Below are positions 53,102 through 63,460 of a stretch of 64,000 nt of DNA, piece after piece (position 1 is the first letter of the stretch; the number at the start of each line of letters is the position of its first letter). Both the position numbers and the translations under genes were made by a program. The stretch lies in NCBI GenBank assembly GCA_000004985.1, contig GG738855.1; one strand, given 5' to 3'. The notes beneath the pieces were generated by a model. The model was not told the origin of the DNA, made no database searches, and was given only the letters and a program-made list of their open reading frames with translations. The DNA is from Naegleria gruberi. Its lineage: Eukaryota.

Positions 53102-54376
53102 TTATTCCTTTTCAGCAGCTGCTTTTTGTTGAGATTCAAACCAAATATCTGTTAAATTTTGTGAAACAAATTCAAAAACTGAAAACATGATACCAGTTGA
53201 TAGTGTCACCCACATAACTCTAGGAGTGATACCTTTGAAAAATCCTCTCCAACCATCATCTTGTTTAATCTTTCTGAACATGGCAACAAAGCCACCCTTA
53301 AATGTTGTCGAGGTTTGTAATCTAGTCTTGATGACATCAATTGGATTACTCAGTGAGGCAGCCATAGCACCTGCAGTACCACCAACAACTATCGACTCTG
53401 AAAAGGTTAATTTCTGAGCAGATTTTAAGGATTCTTGTGGGTCTTTAAGTGTTGAATTTTTCAAATCATCTCTGTATTGATCCATCTTTCTATTTAAAAT
53501 TGAATTTTTCAATACTTCATAAATTAAAAATTGAGTCATACTGTATGGAATATCTCTGACCATTGTTGCAGAATAACCTCTAAATAATCCACGAATTCCC
53601 TCACTCCTAGCAACTTGATAAAAAGTTTTAAGTGTAGATTGTGAATATTGTGCAGATGAAAGTGAATTTGTTTGAAATCTACATTTTATCAATTCAGATG
53701 GCACAAAAACCAAAGATCCCATAAACTCTGCTGAACTACCTGCCAACATGTACGCAAAATTTTTATGTTCTCTCAAGAATTCTGAATTCTCCAAAAGTAA
53801 TCTCTTCATTGATTCATAAGTTCCAAAATAGATAGCTCCTGCAGGTAAACTCCCATAAAGCGTTGGTACCCATCCTCTAAAAAGTCCTCTCCTTCCCTCA
53901 GTCTTTGCAATTGTAATAAAAGCATCCAAAGTATTCTTATAAACAAATCTATTAGAAGTTGATAAATCTCCAACAAATTGTTGTCTAGTTTTCACTGTAT
54001 CCAATGGTTGTAACAATGTATCTGAAACTATAGATGCAATAGATCCAGAAATAAAATCAATAGCACGTAATCTCTCTCTCTTGGTTGTTGATTGTAAATT
54101 ACTTAATTCCTTATCATCTTGTTCATCTAAATCCGATTGTTCTTGTTGTTGAATCATGTAGGGATGAGGTGGAAGAAATGCATGATGTTGAGCATGATGA
54201 TGATGTGGATTATTTGAATTATTAGGATTATTAGGATTTGATAATAATGAATTATTATTAATATTATTTGTAATATTCATATTATTAATATTATTAATAT
54301 TATTATTGGTAGTGGTGGAGGAGGAGGTATTAGGAGAAGAGGAAGGAGAAGATAATTGGGAATTTGTGGTGGTCAT
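53102..54376 (-). CDS. mitochondrial carrier family protein with an Asn/Ser/His-rich N-terminal extension
   Basis: Three Mito_carr repeats with PLDTVKTRQQ, PSELIKCRFQ and PIDVIKTRLQ signatures. The track start is GTG; the first ATG is at 54376. Confidence 0.8.
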   Translation of the reverse strand: MTTTNSQLSSPSSSPNTSSSTTTNNNINNINNMNITNNINNNSLLSNPNNPNNSNNPHHHHAQHHAFLPPHPYMIQQQEQSDLDEQDDKELSNLQSTTKRERLRAIDFISGSIASIVSDTLLQPLDTVKTRQQFVGDLSTSNRFVYKNTLDAFITIAKTEGRRGLFRGWVPTLYGSLPAGAIYFGTYESMKRLLLENSEFLREHKNFAYMLAGSSAEFMGSLVFVPSELIKCRFQTNSLSSAQYSQSTLKTFYQVARSEGIRGLFRGYSATMVRDIPYSMTQFLIYEVLKNSILNRKMDQYRDDLKNSTLKDPQESLKSAQKLTFSESIVVGGTAGAMAASLSNPIDVIKTRLQTSTTFKGGFVAMFRKIKQDDGWRGFFKGITPRVMWVTLSTGIMFSVFEFVSQNLTDIWFESQQKAAAEKE

Positions 54377-54817
54377 TGGAGAATTAGGCACTAAAGATGA
54401 TAATTTAGAATTTAATATAATATTTAAATTAAATGATGATGTAATAGATAGTATAATAATATTATATCAATGATTATTATAAATTATATATTGTTATTAT
54501 TATATGAAACTCTATTCGGGACGACGGCTTTTACTTTCGGAGGAGTTTTTTCCTCTTTTTTTGGATTCAATGAAAATAACGACTCGAAATTCACACACTC
54601 TCTAGAAAGAGATTGGAATTGATTGGGTTAGAGGGAGAAACAGAAGGTGAATAGATAATGGAAGAAATTAATAATGAATGTATGAATATATATTGAATGA
54701 ATGTGTTAAACTTTATTGTCGGATGGAGTTTCATAGAGGGATGATGATGAGGAATCAACAATTCCCATGGCAGTAGCATCTTCTTGAGTTGAATTGGAGT
54801 TTTGATGATGATTTTCA

Positions 54818-57800
54818 TCAAGTATTTGAATGCTCTGGGAAGAACCAATGTTGTTGGTAGTGTAGTGGCTGTGTGGTGGTGATATTGGAATTGTTTGTTG
54901 TTGGAATGGTATTAAGCTCAGTGTCCTTATCATTATCTGCTGCTGGAGTGACAACAATGATTGGAGTGCCACCTGGTGAGGTGTTATGGAGTGGTGTTGG
55001 AGTGGTTGGAGTTTGAGAGGGTTGGACTGTGTGTCCATTGATGTGACCATGACCATTTAAGGTTGTAGATGGTGGAATAGTTGCTAAATTACTATTCGAG
55101 GATTTGGTAAGGGCCTTTGCTTTTTGAATGGCCTGAAGTGAAACTGAATTCTTCTTAACAATCTCAAACCATTCCTTATATTCGGCAGTGAGCTGGAGAC
55201 GACGGAAGGTATCTCTCAAATTCTTCACAACCTCTGAAATGACAATATCCAAATCATTGACAAAATATTCGCTCTTGAGATAGTCATCAGTGAAGAAATC
55301 CTTGGCAGCCCACTTGTTGAAAATAGTCTTAGAAAAACTTGACAAATTGACAGTCATTGGAGCATTATCAGGAATGTATGTGTTGTAAATGTTTTCTCTG
55401 AGTTCTGTTGTGGCCTTGGCAATTTCTTCCTCTGTTAAATTTTGTTTCAATAGTGGACGATAGAATGGGCGATCTGAGGATGGTGATTTACCAGTTATGG
55501 ATCTAGGACGAGCTACAGCCATGAATAATTGAGTATAGACCTTTTCCATATCACTGATAAATGCAAGATTTTCAATGGAGAATTCAGTTTTAGCGTATTG
55601 TCTAATGAGTTCAAATCCCTTCTCATCAATGAATAATCTGGCCAATTCATCTCCCAACAAGTCAAGATATGGAGAGTTTCTAATTGTTCTAAATTTGATA
55701 ATTTCACCTGCATCAAGTTCAATACTTGTTTCTTTAAGGTTATCATCATTGTGATCGGCATATCTATCGAACAAAAATCCAATTCCTTCAGCACACTGAT
55801 TACTCAAACGAATTCTCTCATAGAGTGTCATGAGACAAATGAATCCACCACCAGAGGCCATCAGTTCCAAAAAGATGGCGATCAATTCAAGTGGCAATGC
55901 AACAAATGTGGCCAAAATGACAGAAGGAGCATAGGTATTGGAGAGGAGAACGACCATATCGTCAGTTCTGGACATGGCAATGGATCTAACCACACCCATA
56001 GAAACATAAAAGACAATTGAAATGATGTGAACAAGCATTTCCAATCTATAGTAGAGTCTGTCATTTCTCACAAAGTATGCCTTCAATTTACAGCCTAATA
56101 TGAGTTTCTTATTGGCCACTATATCAATACTAAAGGCAACAATTACCAAGAAGACTGCAAATGCAACCAATAAGCCACCAATTGCTTGAATGGCAATCAA
56201 AACATTCGGAGCTGGAACAGTAAAAAGGAGAGGAATAATGATCGAGTAGATAATAATCAAGACAATAGCCATAAAGGTTACTGTGAAAATCTTGACCTTC
56301 TTGGATCTAGCCCAACGGAATGTTAACTGCTTAGCTTTTTCTGAAGTATTGAGTGAGCTGGCATCGGATCCCTTTCTCTCTCCAATTGGTTTGTCATTAG
56401 ACCCTGAACTTGAAGGAGAGTTATTGAGTTGAGCAAGGGATGAAGATCCACTTGATTGATTCTTCCTCTCAAATGATTCACGTTTCAGTTTGTTGTACAT
56501 TTCAGCATAGACCTTTCTCTTATAAAAGAAGAAGAGAGTATTCATAAAATAGATCAGATAAGATCCACTGAGTAAACCAAATGTTATGAATGTAAATATC
56601 ATGAGCAAGTATTCTTCTCCCCAAAACGATTGCAACAAAACTCTACAAAAATTAATAACAACCTGGAAGAGTACAAGGTATGGCAAATATCCTCTCGAAG
56701 CTCTAGGTTCAGTTTTCCTGAAATAAATTAAAAAGAAGAGAATAATCAATCCAGTGATTCCATTCACAACTACAACCAATGTAGAGATGGCATAGTTGGC
56801 ACTGACAACTCTTCTCTGCATGGTCAGTGTTGGATCTTCAAGATCAGAATTTAGGGAAACAGTATCTTCAAAAAATACATTGCTATCTCCAAAGATTACA
56901 TTCGTTGGAAGTGGAAATTGAACTTGAGAATTTTTAGAAGCATAAACCTTGAATTCGAATTGAGTTCCCAAATTCGAAACCAATAATTCACTTAGCGTTG
57001 GAACACTTTCAACCCTATCACCCTCATCCATTGGATGTTCCAATGCAGAACGAAGTAAATCCTCCAATTTCGCCTGCACAGTAAACTCAGTACCAAAGAA
57101 TGCCTTTCTTATTCTCACCGGTTTAATATAGACATAGTCAGTGAGTGGATTTTTCATTTGTGGTTCATTAATAATAATACCATCATTCATTCCAATATTT
57201 GTTGTGGAATTGATAACCAATTGCTGACCTACGAGGGCAATTCTTCTGACCTCTCCTGCCTCAACATTGACTGTACTACTATCTTCAGCAATACCTCTAA
57301 TACCTCTACTATTATTATTAGTATTATTATCATTATTAGATGTATTATTCATGGTGAGAGAAGTAGAAGTAGATGATTCTGTCGTATTAAAATCAATATC
57401 TGTAAATAATTCAAAATAGAGTGGAGCCAATCGAGGTTGATAAGCCATTGCCCACAAATTAGTTTCATAAAAAGTCGAATTATTAATGATATTGATGGAC
57501 AATCCAAAGAGTGTTTGTCTCAGAATGTTGGCTGTAACTGTAATCATTGTAACTTCAATGCTGGTTGGACAATCAACGATGGTACCTGCTGGAGTGGTCC
57601 TTTTTTGCATATCCGTGAGTGAACCTAATAGTTTCCAATTTCCGTAAACATTTGGAAGAAACTTGTATTCGTGGCTTGAGGTGAGTTTGTTGTATGTTTC
57701 TATTGGCATTCGACAATTACTCGCAAAATTGGTCAGTGGAGAAGCCTGTATTATTATTGTTTGATGCCATACTATTAAAAGAAGAAGAAGAAATAATGAT

Positions 57801-57847
57801 GATGAAAATGTATTCGAAATGTTTCGAACAAAATTATGCCTGCTCAT
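54818..57847 (-). CDS. signal peptide + ~330-aa ectodomain + 7 TM helices + cytoplasmic RGS domain (7TM-RGS receptor-like protein), paralog of 45179..48382
   Basis: ATG at 57847. Signal FSSSLFLLLLLIVWHQTIIIQA. Seven helices from YAISTLVVVVNGITGLIILFFLIYF to GGGFICLMTL. RGS box FELIRQYAKTEFSIENLAFISDMEKVY...TVNLSSFSKTIFNKWAAKDFF. Shared tail motif LRDTFRRLQLTAEY. The 3' end may contain an unmodelled intron (an overlapping ORF in another frame at 54706..55056). Confidence 0.6.
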   Translation of the reverse strand: MSRHNFVRNISNTFSSSLFLLLLLIVWHQTIIIQASPLTNFASNCRMPIETYNKLTSSHEYKFLPNVYGNWKLLGSLTDMQKRTTPAGTIVDCPTSIEVTMITVTANILRQTLFGLSINIINNSTFYETNLWAMAYQPRLAPLYFELFTDIDFNTTESSTSTSLTMNNTSNNDNNTNNNSRGIRGIAEDSSTVNVEAGEVRRIALVGQQLVINSTTNIGMNDGIIINEPQMKNPLTDYVYIKPVRIRKAFFGTEFTVQAKLEDLLRSALEHPMDEGDRVESVPTLSELLVSNLGTQFEFKVYASKNSQVQFPLPTNVIFGDSNVFFEDTVSLNSDLEDPTLTMQRRVVSANYAISTLVVVVNGITGLIILFFLIYFRKTEPRASRGYLPYLVLFQVVINFCRVLLQSFWGEEYLLMIFTFITFGLLSGSYLIYFMNTLFFFYKRKVYAEMYNKLKRESFERKNQSSGSSSLAQLNNSPSSSGSNDKPIGERKGSDASSLNTSEKAKQLTFRWARSKKVKIFTVTFMAIVLIIIYSIIIPLLFTVPAPNVLIAIQAIGGLLVAFAVFLVIVAFSIDIVANKKLILGCKLKAYFVRNDRLYYRLEMLVHIISIVFYVSMGVVRSIAMSRTDDMVVLLSNTYAPSVILATFVALPLELIAIFLELMASGGGFICLMTLYERIRLSNQCAEGIGFLFDRYADHNDDNLKETSIELDAGEIIKFRTIRNSPYLDLLGDELARLFIDEKGFELIRQYAKTEFSIENLAFISDMEKVYTQLFMAVARPRSITGKSPSSDRPFYRPLLKQNLTEEEIAKATTELRENIYNTYIPDNAPMTVNLSSFSKTIFNKWAAKDFFTDDYLKSEYFVNDLDIVISEVVKNLRDTFRRLQLTAEYKEWFEIVKKNSVSLQAIQKAKALTKSSNSNLATIPPSTTLNGHGHINGHTVQPSQTPTTPTPLHNTSPGGTPIIVVTPAADNDKDTELNTIPTTNNSNITTTQPLHYQQHWFFPEHSNT

Positions 57848-58563
57848 TGTATGTGCTGGCTTGTGGGGCGTGAACTATTTTGATGATAACGTTTTTTTAA
57901 AGTGAGACTTGAAAGGTGGATAACAAGTCTTGATGGTTGGACGAAAACGTATGAAATTGGTATGTATCGAATAAAACTCCTTATTAAAAATACAAGTCTT
58001 CGTATCCGATGGCCGATGTTATTCTTGTTGTTAAATTTAACCACAGTTACTTTAATTACTCAAACAGTAAAGTTATTGTTTATCTGCTGTTTTGCAAAGG
58101 TTAATTGTTGATGATGAGAAATGAGAGCTTTCGAATATCTTGTGGGATTTTTTAATTAATGCATGCAGGGTTTCGGCAAAGTTGCTATTATATTTCAACA
58201 CATGACAAGAATAAAGTTGTATTGTGCCCAACAACATAAATATTAAAATGGAACCTATTCACGTTTTCTGAAACATTTAAAATTAGGTTGTTGCCATATT
58301 CGAAATGAAAGGAAAATAGTGTTGAACGGTGAACGACTAAGAATCATGTTTGGTCTTTGTTAAGTTATTATCTCAAATATTCAAATAAATTGTAAATATT
58401 TAAATTTTTAACCTTTCTTTAATATTGAACTTTAGAATTAATATTATCCTGAAAGATGACATTTTGTTGAAATTGACACAATGAAACTGAACTCTTTTGA
58501 ACAGTGGCAAAAAAGAAGAACTGGTTCCTTTTGTAAAGATTACATGTAAATATTTCAATTTAT

Positions 58564-59244
58564 TTAAACATTACAAGTATACTTGAAATCAGAATATCTC
58601 TCACATCTCAACAAACCAGTACTGCTGCCATAATATCCTCCAACAGGTTTCTTACAACCAGAATCCTTATAAGTAGTGGTTGTAAAATAGGAATTAGTAC
58701 AAGTGGTAGTTGAGTATTCACCAGAGAATGAATTTGCAACTGGACCACATGAATTAATTCGTTGACCCTTAGCACTGACAACATTAATTGGAGCAAGTTT
58801 ATCAACATCACAACTGGAAGCATAATCACCCCATGGATAGCTGAGTCTCCACAACATGTCATCTGGAATATCAATAACCAATGGTCCACAAGCTGTCAAG
58901 GTAGATTCAGTGGCAGTGTTAACACATCCCTTAACTTTGACATTTCTAGTGGAATCACATCTTCCACATCCCTTAGTACAGAGTGATTGGACTATTCCAT
59001 AATCACCATTACAAACTGAGTTTGACCAACCATACTTTTCCCTGTAACACATACTGGTAGCATGGAACAATTCGACAGTATTCAAATCTTTAATGAGACA
59101 GCCAGGACGAAGGAATTTATAGATCTGAACAAAGTTTCCCTTTCTATTGACTGGAACAGCCAATGAAAAGCTGCTCAAACAAATAATGCAACAGAGGAGA
59201 GCAAGGAGAGAAATTGCCTTGTGGATGCTATTGGAGGTGAACAT
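58564..59244 (-). CDS. secreted cysteine-rich protein
   Basis: Signal peptide MFTSNSIHKAISLLALLCCIICLSSFSLA, then about 20 Cys in 200 aa. No family recognised. Confidence 0.45.
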   Translation of the reverse strand: MFTSNSIHKAISLLALLCCIICLSSFSLAVPVNRKGNFVQIYKFLRPGCLIKDLNTVELFHATSMCYREKYGWSNSVCNGDYGIVQSLCTKGCGRCDSTRNVKVKGCVNTATESTLTACGPLVIDIPDDMLWRLSYPWGDYASSCDVDKLAPINVVSAKGQRINSCGPVANSFSGEYSTTTCTNSYFTTTTYKDSGCKKPVGGYYGSSTGLLRCERYSDFKYTCNV

Positions 59245-59446
59245 TTTTTAGAGATGATATGGTGGGATATTTGCAGTAAATTCGCTTAAAATCTATTTTG
59301 ATACAGTAGTGGGCAGTTTGTTACAATGAATTGTTGTTGTTCCGTACCTTCCTTTGAAATTATCCAATAAATTGTTTCACAATTTCACAAACATTTCTAT
59401 GTTACTCTTGAATGAAATGATTGAGACGATACATCTCAATTCAAAT

Positions 59447-59519
59447 ATCAAGCAATCAGATAACATATATCAAATAACTGGCATCCAATAAGTGAAGATA
59501 TTCTATCTGATTGCTTGAT
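59447..59519. repeat. perfect 16-bp inverted repeat ATCAAGCAATCAGATA / TATCTGATTGCTTGAT with a 41-bp spacer; a third copy of AAGCAATCAGA at 59609-59619
   Basis: Located in the divergent promoter between the Cys-rich secreted-protein gene (ATG 59244, minus) and the thioesterase gene (ATG 60078, plus). Confidence 0.5.
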
Positions 59520-60077
59520 TGTGGAGCGCAAGTTTTTTAGAAGAGATAAGTAGTGCCATTACTGTGTCTTGTACGGTATCGATTTGTATTACTCACACCT
59601 TACTATAAAGCAATCAGAACTTTGGCTCAATGCCCTTAATAATTTTCATCAATCGATCGTGAGTAACATGATAAAGTTTGGAAGAAAAAGAAAATTTGTC
59701 TTTTTACCCATCAATGAGTAAACTTTGAAGTAAACATATGAATCAAAGAATTTCTTACACACTAATTATACCGGCCCAATTAACCCGAACCTCTTGATCT
59801 AAGGCATCGAACATATTTAAGATATTTATAATACTATTAATATATTATCATGTACCATTTAAATTCAATAAACAATAGTGCTATCGTTCGCACTCTTAGG
59901 ACAAAAAAAAATTCTGTACATTTGCTATCCGTCCGTAATGATTCTTCATCGGATACACAAACTAGCGAAAAGTGGATGTCGAGTAATTGGCGATGATGAT
60001 AGTGTCATTGAAGTAGACACAAAATTTGGAGAATTATAATTCATCAAAAAAACAACAATATACCTATATAATACAAT

Positions 60078-60751
60078 ATGATTTATTGGATCCGAACATT
60101 ATATGTGCTCATCATGGCATTCCTGTTTGATGATTATTATGAAAAGAATAGTCTTCCATATGATGCCGACCACATTTATGAAATGAGAGTTTTACCATAC
60201 GATTTGGATATGAACTTTCACCTTAACAATGCTCAATATCTTTCCTTCATGGAACACGCCAGATTTGATATGATTTTGAAACATGCCAATGTTTTTAATA
60301 GATGTAGAAGAAAGGGCTATGGATGGGTTGTTGCTGGAGTTAGTTTCCAATTTAGAAGAAGTGCCAATTTATTTGATAAGGTCAGAATTGTAACCAATGT
60401 GTAAGTATTCATAATTCATTGTTTATTCATTGTTTATTAAGCTGTGGTGCCGATGAGAAATGGTTATACGTACAACAAAACTTTTATGTTGGTAAGAGAT
60501 TTATCGGCAGAGGTATTGTGAGAATGTGCACATTTGATAAGAATGGTGCTGTTTCGACTGCCAGATACTTTAAGGACATTTTACATGTTGATATTGAAAC
60601 TGCTGATCCAAAATTCAGAATGACTAAGGATGATTATGCCAAATTTGTTAATGCTGATTATTCAATTTCTGCCAGTGGTGACACTAGAGATGATATCATG
60701 ACCAGAGTCAGCAGTTTTGTTTTCCATGACGAAACTTTGAAGGAAAAATAA
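60078..60751 (+). CDS. hotdog-fold thioesterase-superfamily protein (THEM6-like), exons 60078..60400 and 60442..60751
   Basis: VLPYDLDMNFHLNNAQYLSFMEHARFDMI is 4HBT_2-like. GTAAGT donor at 60401 and acceptor ttattaag at 60441 give an in-frame junction (...IVTNV|CGADEKW...). Confidence 0.6.
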
Positions 60752-60816
60752 ATTGAATATTAAAATATTCAATATGTAAAGGAGCAATTTTATACAAGGA
60801 AATAAAGTTACAATTT

Positions 60817-62040
60817 CTACTTTTTATAGTAATTGGAATAAAAGTGGAGGGCAAGAATTAATTTAGCATCTGGCGTGATTCTTGGTGCCTCATCAATTGG
60901 AATAACTCTCAGAGTTATAAACTCGTTTTCATTCTCTGAACCTGTGAATTTACCTTTGAGTGAATTCAATTCCTCTCTAGAGATTGAAGTCTTGTAAAGG
61001 AAGAATCTCATAAATTCATCACTACCACCAGGACTCAAATAATGACCTGGGAATGGAGAGCCACTTCCAAAGCATAATTCTGTCAAATCTACAAGTTCAG
61101 TATCTTTAATTTCAATTCCAGTTTCTAATAAATTAATTAATAATACATTCACCAGTGAAATTGAAAATATTTGAATAATTATTTAAATAGTTGGGATTAA
61201 TTTAACACATACCTTCTTTTACTTCCTTTGCAGCAACACCAGAAAAATTTCCATTATCATCAAGAGAACCAGCTGGTAATTCAACAGATTTCAAAGTACC
61301 AATCGGAATTCTTGGTTGTTGCACTAACAGTAAATATTCCTTTCCTTCACATTCCAACACTATAAGAATTCCAACAGATCCTCCTCTATGTAAATCATTT
61401 CGAATGGTTCATAAATATTTACGGATTAAACCTACCTAGCAAATACAATTCCTGGTAATGGAACTAACTCTTCTTCATTTTGTGTAACAATTTTGGTATA
61501 GGTAGCTGATGTATTACTGGATCCATGTTTGGAGAGTGGTGTTCCAACTTGAACAGTCTTTTGAACTGTTCTAATTACCTTGATGAAAATATTAACTTTA
61601 AACTTTACAAAACCAATTTGAAATCTTGTTCCGAATGTATCAATAGATTGTATTTCAATGTCCTTAATGAAGAGATCTTTCCACTCTGCACCTGGAGCAA
61701 TTAATTCGGGATTAGGTGTCGAATGTAAAGATCTGTAATCTTCAATTGATTTCTTCATATTGACGAGCCAATTATTAAATTGTGGACTCGCAATGATATT
61801 CTCAATTTTTGTACATGCTTTAACTTCTAATTGACTGTCCATTTTCACCATTACTCTTTGATCATTAATATCCACATATTGTGCTACATTGTAATTTCTT
61901 CTAATGTTAGAAAATCCACCCATCCCATGTTGTGATGATGAAAATAATTTGCAATATGAAGATTTAATTAATGATGATGTATTCTTTGATAGATTGTGAA
62001 TAACGGATGCACAACTTGTTCTGGAAAGAAAACGAGACAT
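60817..62040 (-). CDS. Nudix hydrolase, ADP-sugar pyrophosphatase-like; 3 exons (62040..61436, 61385..61213, 61124..60817)
   Basis: Exon A has an N-terminal presequence-like region and FGTRFQIGFVKFK. Exon B has GGSVGILIVLECEGKEYLLLVQQPRIPIG...ELPAGSLDDNGNFSGVAAKEVKE|E and exon C has TGIEIKDTELV, together forming the Nudix box REVxEETGI. Donors are GTAGGT at 61435 and GTATGT at 61212; acceptors are tacatag and ttagaaac. Frame checked across both junctions. Confidence 0.65.
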
Positions 62041-62145
62041 TTTTTATGATGAGTGAAACATGATAAACAGTTGATACAATGTAGTGTGGATAGGAATGTG
62101 CGATTTGTTATTGTAATAATAATGAATACATTACAGATTGGATTA

Positions 62146-63324
62146 TTACCAATCAAAAAAGCCATTCAATAGAGGATATTCCAATTGTTGAGACTGAGAA
62201 GTAAATTGATTAATTTGAGAATAATCCAATGGCTTCATGGTTTGGTTTCTGAGCTGATACCCTCTTAGATAGGAATCAATGCAACAATCAATTTCATTAA
62301 CGTGCTCGAGTTCTTCTGTTTCAAAGGTTGTGGATTTCTTATGGGAATCAAATAGGTTGTGTAGTAATTTCAATTGGTTCAGATTGTTTACAATGAATTC
62401 TAAATATTCTTGGTTTGGAGTACAAGATACTACAATACCATTATCTTTAACTGTTTTGATGAAATCCATTCGTGCACCATTATCTGATTGAAATTTCCAT
62501 GGTATAATTCTTTCATGCTTTACCAATTTCATCCTATCGAGAATATAGACAAGAGTTGGATGTGTTTGAGTGAAATCATCTTCAATACTCAACTCTTTCA
62601 ATAAATACTTGATAAAGTGATGACAATTACAGGAGAGCTTGGCAAATTGTTTGTAGCTGTTCCAATAAGTACACACTGTTGCAATAGTTGTGATTGCATT
62701 CTTTACATTTTCTCTGCCTCTAATTGTATGATATTGGTAACACATTACAGCGGATGCAGCTCTAAACATGTCACATTTTAATTTGACAAAACTTGAATCG
62801 TTCCAATCTATCTTGTAAGGTCCAATAATAATAAAAGGATGATTGACTCCTATTAAATTCCCTCTAAACAAAGTATTGGTAATTAACTTTTTACAAGGAT
62901 ATTCTAATTGTGAAACTCCTATCCAAATATTTAAAAAATAGGCTTCATCAGTTGCAGAACAGGAATGTTCGATGACACTGTCAGCCATATCAATTTTCAC
63001 TTGTTCTTCCATCATCATTATGTTATTTTCAATATTTGACGAAGGACTATTTACTAGATTCAAATTATTGTTATTATTTTCACAATTCCGTAATTGATGA
63101 TTACTTGTAATATGAATATCCACCATTTGTTTTCCAATACTCTCCACATTCATCACATGTTTTAGAAATAATTCTTCATTCACCAAATATTCAATAATTT
63201 GCAAATTGGATGATGGTAATGTTTTCCTCTTCTTCCTCCTAATATTTTCCATTCTCTTCTTTACCTCTTCCGACATTTTATCTTCTCCTCTCGAAGAATC
63301 CAATTGTTCGCGTCGTTCTTCCAT
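62146..63324 (-). CDS. hypothetical protein, possible PPPDE/DeSI-like thiol peptidase fold
   Basis: First ATG at 63324 (track start is TTG). LSCNCHHFIKYLLKEL resembles the PPPDE NCNHF catalytic-Cys motif, with candidate upstream His in GVNHPFIIIGPY. Weak assignment. Confidence 0.35.
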   Translation of the reverse strand: MEERREQLDSSRGEDKMSEEVKKRMENIRRKKRKTLPSSNLQIIEYLVNEELFLKHVMNVESIGKQMVDIHITSNHQLRNCENNNNNLNLVNSPSSNIENNIMMMEEQVKIDMADSVIEHSCSATDEAYFLNIWIGVSQLEYPCKKLITNTLFRGNLIGVNHPFIIIGPYKIDWNDSSFVKLKCDMFRAASAVMCYQYHTIRGRENVKNAITTIATVCTYWNSYKQFAKLSCNCHHFIKYLLKELSIEDDFTQTHPTLVYILDRMKLVKHERIIPWKFQSDNGARMDFIKTVKDNGIVVSCTPNQEYLEFIVNNLNQLKLLHNLFDSHKKSTTFETEELEHVNEIDCCIDSYLRGYQLRNQTMKPLDYSQINQFTSQSQQLEYPLLNGFFDW

Positions 63325-63422
63325 CAATACATTTTTTTAAATAATTATTTAAATTATCATCAAATGATGTTGAAATAATTCATTAGGCCATTACGCATAA
63401 GAGGTTGAACTTGTAGATGAAA

Positions 63423-63434
63423 TTGGCGCCAAAA
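63423..63434. promoter_or_regulatory. E2F-type palindrome TTGGCGCCAAAA 27 bp upstream of the ATG at 63461
   Basis: gaaaTTGGCGCCAAAAattgg. Confidence 0.35.
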
Positions 63435-63460
63435 ATTGGAACCAACAACAACCTTAAAAA

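Noticed and set aside
54706-55056. 116-aa ORF overlapping the 3' end of the second 7TM-RGS gene in another frame
   Set aside because: Most likely reflects low-complexity sequence or an unmodelled 3' intron of the RGS gene, not an independent gene. It could not be resolved without transcript data.
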